This document shows positions 41,649-50,716 of a stretch of DNA of 64,000 nt, piece after piece. The notes under the pieces are model-generated. The model saw only the letters and a program-made list of their open reading frames with translations, was not told the origin of the DNA and did no database searches. Every line of letters begins with the position of its first letter. Position 1 is the stretch's first letter. The position numbers and the translations under genes were made by a program. Origin of the DNA: Desulfobacterales bacterium (GTDB lineage Bacteria > Desulfobacterota > Desulfobacteria > Desulfobacterales > UBA2174); assembly GCA_963668645.2 (NCBI GenBank), contig CAXXWC010000019.1, positions 480,001 through 544,000 on the forward strand, given 5' to 3'.

Positions 41649-43113
41649 CTGAATTCTCCCTGTCTCATCATGATTTATTTGTGAAAAACAGTTCTTATTG
41701 GAAAAATCGGATCATCTATTCAGACAGGCACGTTTCCAGCCCCCCCCGGTGCCGCAAACCCTTTGCCGGCATGGACCGCTTGGAGGGCGACAACTCCATG
41801 GATGCAACTTGGAACATGGCCCAAGCACTTTTACCCTCGCGGTCCGATGCCAGCGGGTGAATCATTTCATCGCCGTCACAGGCTATTTCGATGCCTGAAC
41901 GATCCCCTTTTCCTTGAAATACTTTGCGGCTCCCGGATGGACCGGTATGGTCATACCCTGGTAGACCTTTTCAAGGGTCGTTGCCTTAAAGGCACTATTT
42001 ACACTTGAAATATAGTCCAGGTTCTCAAATACAGCCCTGGTTGCCTGGTACATAAAGTCTTCTGACAAGTGCGACGAGCAAAACAAAGAGTAGTTCATCA
42101 TAACCAGCTCAACGGGTTCATCGATGCCTTTGTACGTACCCTTCGGCAGATAACCGAAGTAAAAGGCGGGCTCGAGCTCTGTTATTTTGGCTTTTGCGCT
42201 TTCCTCAATGGAAATGAAATTGAGATTGACCGATTCGGCCATCTGCACGAACCCCGGCGCGCCGACGCCCATATAGAAGCATACCGCATCTATATGCCCA
42301 TCGATCATCTTTTGAACCGCTTCGGGAAACCGGATCTTGACGCTGGTGTAATCTTTATCCGGGTAAAGTCCGTGGGCGGGAAAAATGATGTTGTCGCAAT
42401 CCAACTGATTGTTGGATCCGGGTGTGCTGACGGCGATTTTTTTGCCCTTGAGATCCGCCATCGTTTTCGCTCCGCTGGCCTTGCGCGCGGCAATCGTGAT
42501 CACCGCCGGGTAGCTTTGAAACCAGCCGAGGATGTCTTGCTTGCTTTTGAACATCTGACCGTTTCCATGATAGGCCTCATAAAGGAAATCAGGAATCGCC
42601 CAGCCGAGTTCCATTTCTCGCCGGTTCGTCCGAAGAATACTCTCACGGGCTGCGCCAGGTGTCGTTACAGCAGTGACATGATAGCCGGGAACGTTTTCGT
42701 TGATCACCTTCGCCATCGCCACCGAGCATGGATACCAGATACCACTGGCGCTTCCGGAACCGAATGTGTACTCCTTTACATCGCCTGAAAAAGCCTGGCC
42801 CGGGATGAAAACACACGCAAGAAAAAATAAAATGCTATGGAACCACAAAACGGTTGGATTCTGTAAAATCAGTATGTTATCCGATTATTTTTGCCATACT
42901 TGATCATATTTTGCGATTCTCAAGGAGCCTGTGCTTTCGTTTTCCGGGGTGTCGGCTTTGCGTCTAACTCATAGAAAACACATGTAATGATTGTCATTTA
43001 CGATAGATGGCTATCCTCTTTTTCGTTCTTGTCAAATCGTCCATTTCTTGATAATGTATTGCATATATGCCCGGTTGCGGCGATAACCTGCAATACTTTA
43101 TCGGGAGGGCGAT

Positions 43114-43773
43114 ATGGATGGTTCGACCGAGGTTTCCCAGCGTCTCGCGGTCCTGTTCAAGCAGCATCCATGCTGGATGATCGGGCCGCTGAGCCAACAG
43201 ATGGACTACTCGATTCCATCAACCCGGCGATTTCTGGCCCAGAACGGCTACTACAGCAGTTTTACGCACAACGGACGATGGTATACCCTGCGTTCGATTC
43301 CTCGCTTTTCGCGCGAAGGACTGTGGTTTTACCACGACATCGGCTTTTCCCGGGCCGGCAGTCTGACCCGTACGCTGGTGGCCCTGATCGATGCCAGTCT
43401 GGCAGGGATGAGCGCCGAAGCGCTCGGCCAAAAGTTGCGCTGCCGTTGTCATTCGGTTCTGGTCGGGTTGTACCGCCGCGGTCTTGTCCAGCGCCAGCGC
43501 CAGGGACGCGCGAACGTTTACCTGGCCAGCAATGCCAGGACCGCCGAGGCGCAACGTCGTGTCCTGGAAGCGCCCGTGGCGGCGGTGCTGCCAGCCGAGA
43601 TTGCAGTGATGGTGCTGGCCGAATTCATCCGCAAGCCGTCAGCCGAGCCGGCCGAGTTGGCCCGCCGGGTGTCGGCCCGGGCCGCCGTGCGCATCAAGGC
43701 CGACCAGATCCGGGCGCTGTTTGCGCAGCACGGTTTAAAAAAAATGCTGCCGTTGCGGCCATCGGCCTCCTGA
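43114..43773 (+). CDS. IS OrfA (putative DNA-binding part of transposase)
   Basis: GGGAGG SD, 219 aa, ends just past the slippery A8 run. Confidence 0.75.
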   Translation: MDGSTEVSQRLAVLFKQHPCWMIGPLSQQMDYSIPSTRRFLAQNGYYSSFTHNGRWYTLRSIPRFSREGLWFYHDIGFSRAGSLTRTLVALIDASLAGMSAEALGQKLRCRCHSVLVGLYRRGLVQRQRQGRANVYLASNARTAEAQRRVLEAPVAAVLPAEIAVMVLAEFIRKPSAEPAELARRVSARAAVRIKADQIRALFAQHGLKKMLPLRPSAS

Positions 43774-45578
43774 GCCGCCTCAACGAACAACTGCACCAGG
43801 AGGTGCGCCCGTCGGCGTTGTTCGCGCAGCCGCCGGTGGTCGATTTTCGCTACCCGCACCGGCAGTGCTCCTGCGGCGGTGCCTTGAAAGTCCAAAAGAC
43901 ACAAACCAAGCGCGTGGTCAGTCTTTCGGTCACCTATATCGCCCGCCGGACCGTGCAACGCTGTACCCGTTGTGGCCGTGTCTGGGAAGATCCGGCCCTG
44001 CGTCAGCGGGTGGCGCATCGTTGCAATACCGCTTGGGACGTGCTGGTCTTTGTCGGCCGTCGCCTGTTCGAGGACTGCCACAGTGTCGGGCAGGTTCGCA
44101 ACGAGCTGCTGGCCCGCGATGTGGTGCTGTCCGATTCTCAAATCACCAAACTCGGCCGCAAGTTTATCCTCTTGCTGGCTCTGGCCCATCGGCGCGCCAC
44201 CCCGCGCATCAAGCAGGCCATGGCCAGAAGCGGCGGCTATATCCTGCATCTGGATGCCGTGCATCAAGAAGATGCGCCCGCTCTGATGTCAGGCATCGAC
44301 GCTCTGAGCCGCCTGGTGTTGGCCAATGTCAAGGTGCCCAGTGAACACGCCGCTCAGATCATCCCGTTTTTGGAAAAGATCAAAGACGACTATGGCGATC
44401 CGATCGCCTGTGTGCATGACATGGGCACAGGCATCTGCAAGGCGGTCGGGGCCGTGTTCCCCACAAGCAAAGACTTTGTCTGCCACTTTCATTTCTTGCG
44501 CGATGCGGGCAAAGACCTGATCGAGCCGGCCTACCGCGAGCTTCGTGGCTGCCTGCGTCGCCATGCGTTCAGCACCCGGTTCCGTGCGTTGGCCCGCCAC
44601 GCCCGTCGGTTACTGGCCGAGCCGAACGCCCTGGCGATGTATCTGGCGGGCACCCAAACGGCTGCCGATTTGAGTCTCACGACCCCTGCGGCGGTCTATG
44701 CACTATCGCTGTGGAGCTTGCAGGCCAAACACTGCGGCGATGGCTACGGCTTTCCTTTCGATCGCCCCTTGCTGGTACTGGCCGAACGGCTTATGATCCT
44801 GCTCGATTGCCTGCCGCGCCTGCTACAGACACTTCCCGGCGACAACGTGGCCGGCAGCCGCTTGTTTGTCCACCTGGCACGAAAGGTGATGGATGTCGTC
44901 GCCGATCCGGTCTTCGAAAAAAGCCTCGACTCGTTACGCTGGCGTTGCCGGCTCTTTGATCAGCTTCGCCAAGCCATGCGCATCGCACCTTCCGGAGGCC
45001 GAGACGGCCTCAACGATGATGGTGCCGCACCCGCGATGGAAAGTATCCGCCAGAGCGTTGGCCAATTCCGTCACCGTCTCGATGCCGAAGCAAAGCTGGC
45101 AGCCGATCCGCTGTGCCGCAAACTGGCCGAACAGATCGACAAGTATCACGACAAACTGTTTGCCGACCCGATTGACGTGCAGACCCCTTCGGGGCCGCAG
45201 GTGGTTTATCCCCAGCGGACCAACAACATCCTGGAACAGTTCTTTCGCAGCTTGCGCCGGGATCATCGCCGCCGTACCGGCGATAATCGCATGCACCGCG
45301 CGTTGCAAACCATGCTGGCCGATACCCCGTTGGTGAAAAATCTGTCCAACCCCGACTACATGAAAATCCTGCTCGACGGCCGGCCCAATATCGAAGCCCT
45401 GTTTGCTGATTTGGATCGAACCTCGGCTTCCGAGGAGCTGATACCGGCCGCGGATGCCGATCGCATTCTGCCTGGTTTTAAAGCACTGACAAAAATACCG
45501 GATCTTCCCGTTCGAATCTCACAGCGCGCTTCTGCGGCTTTATCCGGGGCAAAATCCAACCAAATTGTGTGGCCATAG
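43743..45578 (+). CDS. IS OrfB, DDE transposase catalytic part (-1 frame to OrfA)
   Basis: CSCGG...CTRC Zn finger, LHLDA, VHDMG, CHFHFLRD (CxxH), QRTNNILEQFF; stop TAG coincides with the IS end. Confidence 0.85.
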   Translation, partial: NAAVAAIGLLSRLNEQLHQEVRPSALFAQPPVVDFRYPHRQCSCGGALKVQKTQTKRVVSLSVTYIARRTVQRCTRCGRVWEDPALRQRVAHRCNTAWDVLVFVGRRLFEDCHSVGQVRNELLARDVVLSDSQITKLGRKFILLLALAHRRATPRIKQAMARSGGYILHLDAVHQEDAPALMSGIDALSRLVLANVKVPSEHAAQIIPFLEKIKDDYGDPIACVHDMGTGICKAVGAVFPTSKDFVCHFHFLRDAGKDLIEPAYRELRGCLRRHAFSTRFRALARHARRLLAEPNALAMYLAGTQTAADLSLTTPAAVYALSLWSLQAKHCGDGYGFPFDRPLLVLAERLMILLDCLPRLLQTLPGDNVAGSRLFVHLARKVMDVVADPVFEKSLDSLRWRCRLFDQLRQAMRIAPSGGRDGLNDDGAAPAMESIRQSVGQFRHRLDAEAKLAADPLCRKLAEQIDKYHDKLFADPIDVQTPSGPQVVYPQRTNNILEQFFRSLRRDHRRRTGDNRMHRALQTMLADTPLVKNLSNPDYMKILLDGRPNIEALFADLDRTSASEELIPAADADRILPGFKALTKIPDLPVRISQRASAALSGAKSNQIVWP

Positions 45579-45820
45579 ATAAAATGACAACGGAATGACA
45601 GGAATACGATGGACGGATACCACGGCACTTGCTGCTTCTCATTTCACTCTCCTCCCAGTAAAAAGCATTAAAAAGTCAAGTACACAAAAGATCCTCCTCC
45701 AAAAAAATGCCAAAACAGGCCCCGGCGTCACGGGTTAAAAGTTCGGTTGCCGCCTCGTCCTGAGTACGGTGCTTATGATCGGCTGGAAAAAATGCGTCGG
45801 AAGCCCCCACGGCTACCGGT

Positions 45821-46468
45821 TCACATTCCGGGTGTCTGATTGAGAAAACGCAAGAGGCAGTCCTTGGCGCGGGATATATGCTTTTCCATGACCCGCCGTG
45901 CCTCTTCGGCATCGCGGCACCGGACAGCCTCGATAATGGCGTCGTGATCATCGATGTACTCTTTATTCAAGGAAGTGAGCAAAGAGCTGTATAGGTAACG
46001 AAAGATTCTTTGGCGCACCTCGCTCGTGATCCAGGAAATCTGTTGATTCCCGCATTTGTTTCTGAATATCTCATGAAAGGCGGAATTTCTCAGGCACCAC
46101 TCTTCAAGATAATTTTCATCCTCTGGATTCAGCTCCCGCAGCGAGTTGTTCAATATGACCAGGCGGTCCAGGTCTCTGCTGGTTATCTGGGTTGTGGCCC
46201 ATTGGACCGCCTTTCCCTCCAGGACCTCCAGCAGTGCGTAATAGTCACGCACCTCTTGAGCCGAAAGTTTGCGGACAATGGCGCCCTTGTTCTCGGAAAG
46301 CAGGATGAAGCCTTCCTTGGACAGGTGAACCAGGGCTTCGCGTACGGGGCCCCGGCTGCATTCGAATTTCCTTGTCAGCTCAGCCTCGGTGATGCGCTCT
46401 CCCTGCATGAGCTTTCCGTAGATGATGTCGCGTCGCAACGCCCTGTGAATTTCGTCTGTTCGTTTCAT
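45821..46468 (-). CDS. GntR family regulator (FCD domain)
   Basis: GERITEAEL...SRGPVREAL HTH; NSAFH, DHDAII, MEKHI FCD motifs. Confidence 0.93.
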   Translation of the reverse strand: MKRTDEIHRALRRDIIYGKLMQGERITEAELTRKFECSRGPVREALVHLSKEGFILLSENKGAIVRKLSAQEVRDYYALLEVLEGKAVQWATTQITSRDLDRLVILNNSLRELNPEDENYLEEWCLRNSAFHEIFRNKCGNQQISWITSEVRQRIFRYLYSSLLTSLNKEYIDDHDAIIEAVRCRDAEEARRVMEKHISRAKDCLLRFLNQTPGM

Positions 46469-46521
46469 GGCCCGCGCCCGTCGTGGTTGGATAAAATATC
46501 GCCCAAAAATCGTAGTTCATT

Positions 46522-46560
46522 ATTGTAGTACAATCTTGCACGACAAAAAACGAGTGTCAA
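46522..46560 (-). promoter_or_regulatory. promoter with tandem GntR-type operator palindromes
   Basis: minus strand TTGACA (46560-46555) followed by TTGTCGTGCAA and ATTGTACTACAAT palindromes. Confidence 0.6.
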
Positions 46561-46778
46561 CATATTTTTGCCCCAAAGGCAAAAATATTATAAATCTTAA
46601 TATATATAGGTAGTTAAAAGGAAGAGAGACCGCAGATGGGCATCAGAGCCACCTCGGCATGAGGTCGCGAACGGGAAGGATGGCACACGGATTTTGGCCG
46701 TTTGGGGAAAATTCCGGCTGACAATCCAACACCTTGGACGCGCCCGCAAGAAGCGGGCACCATCCGGGGGGCAGGACT

Positions 46779-47048
46779 TCAGTCCGTCTGGCGCTGCCGG
46801 GCCTGGCGGATCAGATCGAGCAGACCGGCCACCTTGTCCGGCGGCCGGCGCGGTTCGGCCAGCCGGCGGAAGGCTTCTTCGGACAGAACCTGGCGCATCA
46901 GGCCCGCCACGTCGAAGCGCTCCCACCAGCAGTCGAGAATCTTGGCGCAGACCTCACCGCTGTCTGCCTGGGCCCGGCAGTAGCCGAAGCTGACCGGACC
47001 GCCCAGGCGCGGGCAGCGCCGTTCCAGGTGATCGGGAAAATCGGTCAT
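46779..47048 (-). CDS. small Cys-containing hypothetical protein
   Basis: RCPRLGG...YC...C..ILDCWW; start overlaps the trpB2 stop (ATGA). Confidence 0.7.
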   Translation of the reverse strand: MTDFPDHLERRCPRLGGPVSFGYCRAQADSGEVCAKILDCWWERFDVAGLMRQVLSEEAFRRLAEPRRPPDKVAGLLDLIRQARQRQTD

Positions 47049-48421
47049 CGGCTTTTCAGGTGGGCCGGACGCGGGTAGTCTTTGACCAGATCCAGGGCCT
47101 CTTGAACCTGGGCGTCGCTCAGGGACACATCGGTCAACTCGCCGGAAAGATACTTCTCGTAAGCACCCAGATCGAGCAGACCGTGGCCGCTGAAACTGAC
47201 CACGATGGTCTTTTGCTTGCCCTCTTCTTTGGCCTTGAGGGCTTCTTCCACCACGCAGGCCAGGGCGTTGCAGGTCTCGGGCGCCGGAATGAACCCCTCG
47301 GTGCGGGCCCAGAGCACCCCGGCCTTGTAAGAGGCGAGCTGCCCGACGGACCGGGGCGCCAGCAGCCCCTCGTCCACCAGCTGGCTCACCGTGGGCGACA
47401 TGCCGTGGTAGCGCAGCCCGCCGGCATGGATCGGCGGCGGCACGAAGGTGTGCCCCAGGCTGTGCATCGGCATCATGGGGGTATAACCGGCCGTATCGCC
47501 GTGATCGTAAACAAAGGGCGCCCGGGTCATGGTGGGGCAGGCGGCCGGCTCCACCGGATAGATCTCGATCTGGCGCCCATTCATCTTGTCCAGCAGGAAG
47601 GGGAAGGCCAGACCGGCGAAATTGCTTCCCCCGCCGGCGCAGCCGATGATCACGTCCGGCTGGGCGCCGATCAGTGCCAGCTGTTTTTTGACCTCCAGCC
47701 CGATGATGGTCTGGTGCAGCATCACATGGTTCAGCACGCTGCCCAGCGAATAGCGGGTCTTGCCGCTGGAATCGGAAACGGCCGCCTCCACCGCCTCACT
47801 GATGGCGATGCCCAGGCTGCCCGGGGTCTGCGGGTCGCGGGCCAACGCATCGCGGCCGGCTTGGGTCTCGGTGCTCGGACTGGCCACGCAGGTGCCCCCC
47901 CAGACCTGCATCATCGCCTTGCGGTATGGCTTCTGATCGAAGCTGATGCGCACCATGAAGACCTTGCATTCCAACCCGAACTGGGCGCAGGCAAAGGAGA
48001 GGGCGCTGCCCCACTGGCCGGCGCCGGTCTCGGTGGTGATCCGCTCGATGCCGAAAACCTTGTTGTAGTAGGCCTGGGGCACGGCGGTGTTCGGCTTGTG
48101 GCTGCCCGGCGGGCTGACCCCTTCGTTTTTGAAGTAGATCCGGGCCGGGGTGCCCAGGGCTTTTTCGAAGTTCAGGGCCCGGCTCAACGGGCTCGGCCGC
48201 CAGATGCTCAGCACGTCCAGCACCGGCTCGGGAATGTCGATCCACCGCTGGCTGGAGACCTCCTGTTCGATGAGGTTCATCGGGAAAACCGGCGCCAGAT
48301 CTTCGGGTTTGATCGGCTGGCCGCCGGGACCCAGGGGCGGGTTGAGCTTGATGTCCGCCAGGATGTTGTACCACTGGCGCGGCATCTGATCGCGGGGCAG
48401 GATGATGTTTTTCGGCGGCAT
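47045..48421 (-). CDS. trpB2: TrpB-like PLP enzyme (tryptophan synthase beta type 2)
   Basis: [11 protein letters not shown] lysine, [37 protein letters not shown]. Confidence 0.95.
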   Translation of the reverse strand: MPPKNIILPRDQMPRQWYNILADIKLNPPLGPGGQPIKPEDLAPVFPMNLIEQEVSSQRWIDIPEPVLDVLSIWRPSPLSRALNFEKALGTPARIYFKNEGVSPPGSHKPNTAVPQAYYNKVFGIERITTETGAGQWGSALSFACAQFGLECKVFMVRISFDQKPYRKAMMQVWGGTCVASPSTETQAGRDALARDPQTPGSLGIAISEAVEAAVSDSSGKTRYSLGSVLNHVMLHQTIIGLEVKKQLALIGAQPDVIIGCAGGGSNFAGLAFPFLLDKMNGRQIEIYPVEPAACPTMTRAPFVYDHGDTAGYTPMMPMHSLGHTFVPPPIHAGGLRYHGMSPTVSQLVDEGLLAPRSVGQLASYKAGVLWARTEGFIPAPETCNALACVVEEALKAKEEGKQKTIVVSFSGHGLLDLGAYEKYLSGELTDVSLSDAQVQEALDLVKDYPRPAHLKSR

Positions 48422-48454
48422 GCGATTCCTCCTAACGGTTGCCGGATTGAAAAT

Positions 48455-48486
48455 AAAAAAGCCCACCGCCGGTGAAGCGGTGGGCT
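48455..48486 (-). terminator. attenuator terminator upstream of trpB2
   Basis: AGCCCACCGC-N7-GCGGTGGGCT followed by TTTTT on the minus strand. Confidence 0.85.
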
Positions 48487-48511
48487 GCCATGGACTTGGG
48501 GATCGAACCGC

Positions 48512-48598
48512 TCAGGGCATGGCGCCGCACCGCATCTGCAACCGCCAGCAGAAGGCGGCACCCGGGATCGACGGCCATGCCTGGAAGGAGTGGTTCAT
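48512..48598 (-). CDS. putative Trp leader peptide (28 aa)
   Basis: MNHSFQAWPSIPGAAFCWRLQMRCGAMP*, GGAGG just upstream, overlaps the antiterminator arm. Confidence 0.65.
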   Translation of the reverse strand: MNHSFQAWPSIPGAAFCWRLQMRCGAMP

Positions 48599-48642
48599 GG
48601 CCTCCACCCCTACCTGGATCCAGCTAAGTTGTCAAGACAAAT

Positions 48643-49209
48643 TTAGGCTCGCGCCATGAACTTGCCGGTTTCGGTATTGACCCGGATGCGGGTGCCGCTC
48701 TCGATGTACTCGGGTACCTGCACCACCACCCCGTTGGAGAGAGTGGCCGGCTTGTTGCGGTTGGTGGCCGTGGCGCCTTTGATCACCGGCGGCGTGTCGA
48801 CGATCTCCAGCTCCACGGTCTGGGGCAGCTGGATGCAAAGGGGCTGGCCGTCCAGCAGCAGGACGAGGATCCCTTCCATCCCGTCGCTGAGCCAGTCGGT
48901 ATCCTCGCCGAGGGCCTCGGCGCTCAGGGCATGCTGTTCGTAGGTGCCGCTGTCCATAAAGACGTACATGTCCCCGTCGCGGTAAAGATAGCTGGCCGTG
49001 CGCCGTTCGAGCTCCACCTCCTCCAGGTCGTCGTTGCCCTTGAAGACATGGTCGAGCTTCTGACCGGTGCGCACTTCGGCAAAACGCACCTTGTAGAGGG
49101 TGGCCGAGCCGCGGGCCGACGGGGTCTGGACTTCGATGTGGCGGGCGGCATAGATCTGGTTCTTGAGGCGTACCACATCGCCTTTTTTCAGGTTGCTCGC
49201 TTTGGGCAT
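48643..49209 (-). CDS. efpL: elongation factor P-like protein EfpL (YeiP)
   Basis: MPKASNLKKG, tip loop TPSARGSATLYK (not PGKG), KPATLSNG..VQVPEYI. Confidence 0.85.
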   Translation of the reverse strand: MPKASNLKKGDVVRLKNQIYAARHIEVQTPSARGSATLYKVRFAEVRTGQKLDHVFKGNDDLEEVELERRTASYLYRDGDMYVFMDSGTYEQHALSAEALGEDTDWLSDGMEGILVLLLDGQPLCIQLPQTVELEIVDTPPVIKGATATNRNKPATLSNGVVVQVPEYIESGTRIRVNTETGKFMARA

Positions 49210-49324
49210 GATCGGTGGCTCCTTTCACATTTCGATAATCGCCCCCCGGGAGGGGCCGGCTTTCAAGGCAGGCCGCTTTCATATCCAATTTTCAGCCGTT
49301 CGCCAATCGTTTTGGTGCCGGATC

Positions 49325-50707
49325 TCAAGCACACCGGGGCGTGGCGAAGAAGGTGCTGTGAATGGCATTGACCGCGCTGTGCAGGTCGCGGGTTTTCACC
49401 AGAAAGTAAAGCGCGGCCTGCGACGGGCCGAAGGAAATCATCTCCACGTTGACGTTGCAGCCGGCCACGGCCGAGAAGCAGCGCGCGGCGACCCCCTTCT
49501 TGTTGAGCAGCCCGTCGCCCACGATGCTGATCAGCGCCACGTCGTCGAGCCGGGCGATCTTGCGGAAGGGGCGCGGGCTCAGGGCCATGAGCGCCTGGCG
49601 GCCGCGGTCCAGATCGGCTTCGGCCAGCAGCAGGCTGATGCAGGTCTGGCTGGTGACCACCGATTTGATATTGATCCCGCCTTCGGTCAGGGCCCCGGCA
49701 ATCTGGGCCAGGATCCCCGGCCGGGTGCCGACCCCGGCGGCGTGCACCTTGAGGATGCCGATGTCGCGGATGAACGAGACGCTCTTGACGATGCGCGGGG
49801 GCCGGGGGCTGTGCGCGGCGATGATGCTCCCCTCGGCGTCCGGATCGAGGGTGTTCTTGATGGCGATGCGGATCTTCTTGCGGCGCACCGGTTCCACCGT
49901 TCGCGGGTGGAGGATCTTGGCGCCGAAGTAGGCCAGCTCGGCCGCCTCCTCGTAGGAGAGCACCGGAATCAGCTCGGCTTCGGGCACCATGCGCGGATCG
50001 GCGCTCATGAACCCGTCGACATCCTTCCAGATCTCGAGCACCTCGGCGTCCATGGCCGCGGCCACCACGGCGGCCGAGTAGTCGCTGCCGCCGCGGCCGA
50101 AGGTGGTGATGTCCCCTTCTTCGCTGACGCCGAAAAAACCCGGGATGAAAAGCACTGTGTCGCCCTTGAGCTGCTGGGCCAGGTGCAAGCGGAAGTTGCG
50201 GGCCGTCTGGGGCAGTCTGGCCGTGGCATCGCCGAACTTGCCGTCGGTGAGCATGCCGATCTTGTGCGGCATGCGGCAAGAGGCCGGCACCCCCCGGCTG
50301 CGCAGGACCGCGCTGAGCAGCTCGGCGCTGAAGCGCTCGCCGCAGCTGCTGATGACGTCCTGACTGCGGGGAGTGATCTCGCGGGTAAAAGAGAGGCCGT
50401 AGTAGCGGCGTTCGAGCTTGGCAGCGCTCTGGTCCAGATCGCGGCGGTAGAGCCCCAGCGCCTCGCGCGACCGGATCAGATGCCGGGCCACGAGCATGTG
50501 GCGGGCCTTGATGCGGCTGACGAGCTCCGGGATGGCCGCCTCGTCTTGCAGGGCGGCCTTCATCCCCTCGATCAGAACGTCGGTGATCCCGTTGAGGGCG
50601 GAAACCACCACGATGTGGCCTCGGGCCCGGGTGGCCACCAGGTCGAGGATGCGGCCGATGGTCTCCTTGCCGTGCAGGCAGCCGCCGCCGATTTTGATGA
50701 CTTTCAC
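49325..50707 (-). CDS. aspartate kinase with two ACT domains
   Basis: VIKIGG, VVVSAL, SCGERFS, TTFGRGGSDYSA, WKDVDG, FGAKILHP. Confidence 0.93.
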   Translation of the reverse strand: MKVIKIGGGCLHGKETIGRILDLVATRARGHIVVVSALNGITDVLIEGMKAALQDEAAIPELVSRIKARHMLVARHLIRSREALGLYRRDLDQSAAKLERRYYGLSFTREITPRSQDVISSCGERFSAELLSAVLRSRGVPASCRMPHKIGMLTDGKFGDATARLPQTARNFRLHLAQQLKGDTVLFIPGFFGVSEEGDITTFGRGGSDYSAAVVAAAMDAEVLEIWKDVDGFMSADPRMVPEAELIPVLSYEEAAELAYFGAKILHPRTVEPVRRKKIRIAIKNTLDPDAEGSIIAAHSPRPPRIVKSVSFIRDIGILKVHAAGVGTRPGILAQIAGALTEGGINIKSVVTSQTCISLLLAEADLDRGRQALMALSPRPFRKIARLDDVALISIVGDGLLNKKGVAARCFSAVAGCNVNVEMISFGPSQAALYFLVKTRDLHSAVNAIHSTFFATPRCA

Positions 50708-50716
50708 GAAATCCTC

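Larger units (their letters stand above)
42835..45578 (+). mobile_element. complete 2744-bp insertion sequence (DDE, Mutator/IS256-superfamily-like motifs; family not assigned)
   Basis: imperfect 26-bp TIRs (CTATGG-aac-CACAA-aac-GGTTGGATT vs CTATGG-cca-CACAA-ttt-GGTTGGATT, 20/26); 8-bp direct repeat ATAAAATG at 42827-42834 and 45579-45586. Confidence 0.92.
41883..45642 (-). pseudogene. TAXI family TRAP solute-binding protein interrupted by an IS
   Basis: body 41883-42834 (GSGSASGIWY, LKGKKIAV, PVHPGAAKYFKE); removing the IS and one ATAAAATG copy joins ATG 45642 (SD GGAGGAG) in frame: MRSSKCRGIRPSYSCHSVVILFFLACVFIPGQAFS. Confidence 0.88.

Noticed and set aside
42987..43742. N-terminal 250 codons of the 863-aa ORF as a single transposase
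   Set aside because: This part is Arg/Pro/Gly-rich shadow sequence over OrfA, which has the SD and protein-like composition; the -1 fusion explains the data better.
46681..46698. sigma54 promoter (TGGCAC)
   Set aside because: The -12 TTGC element is missing at the required spacing and there is no downstream plus-strand gene.
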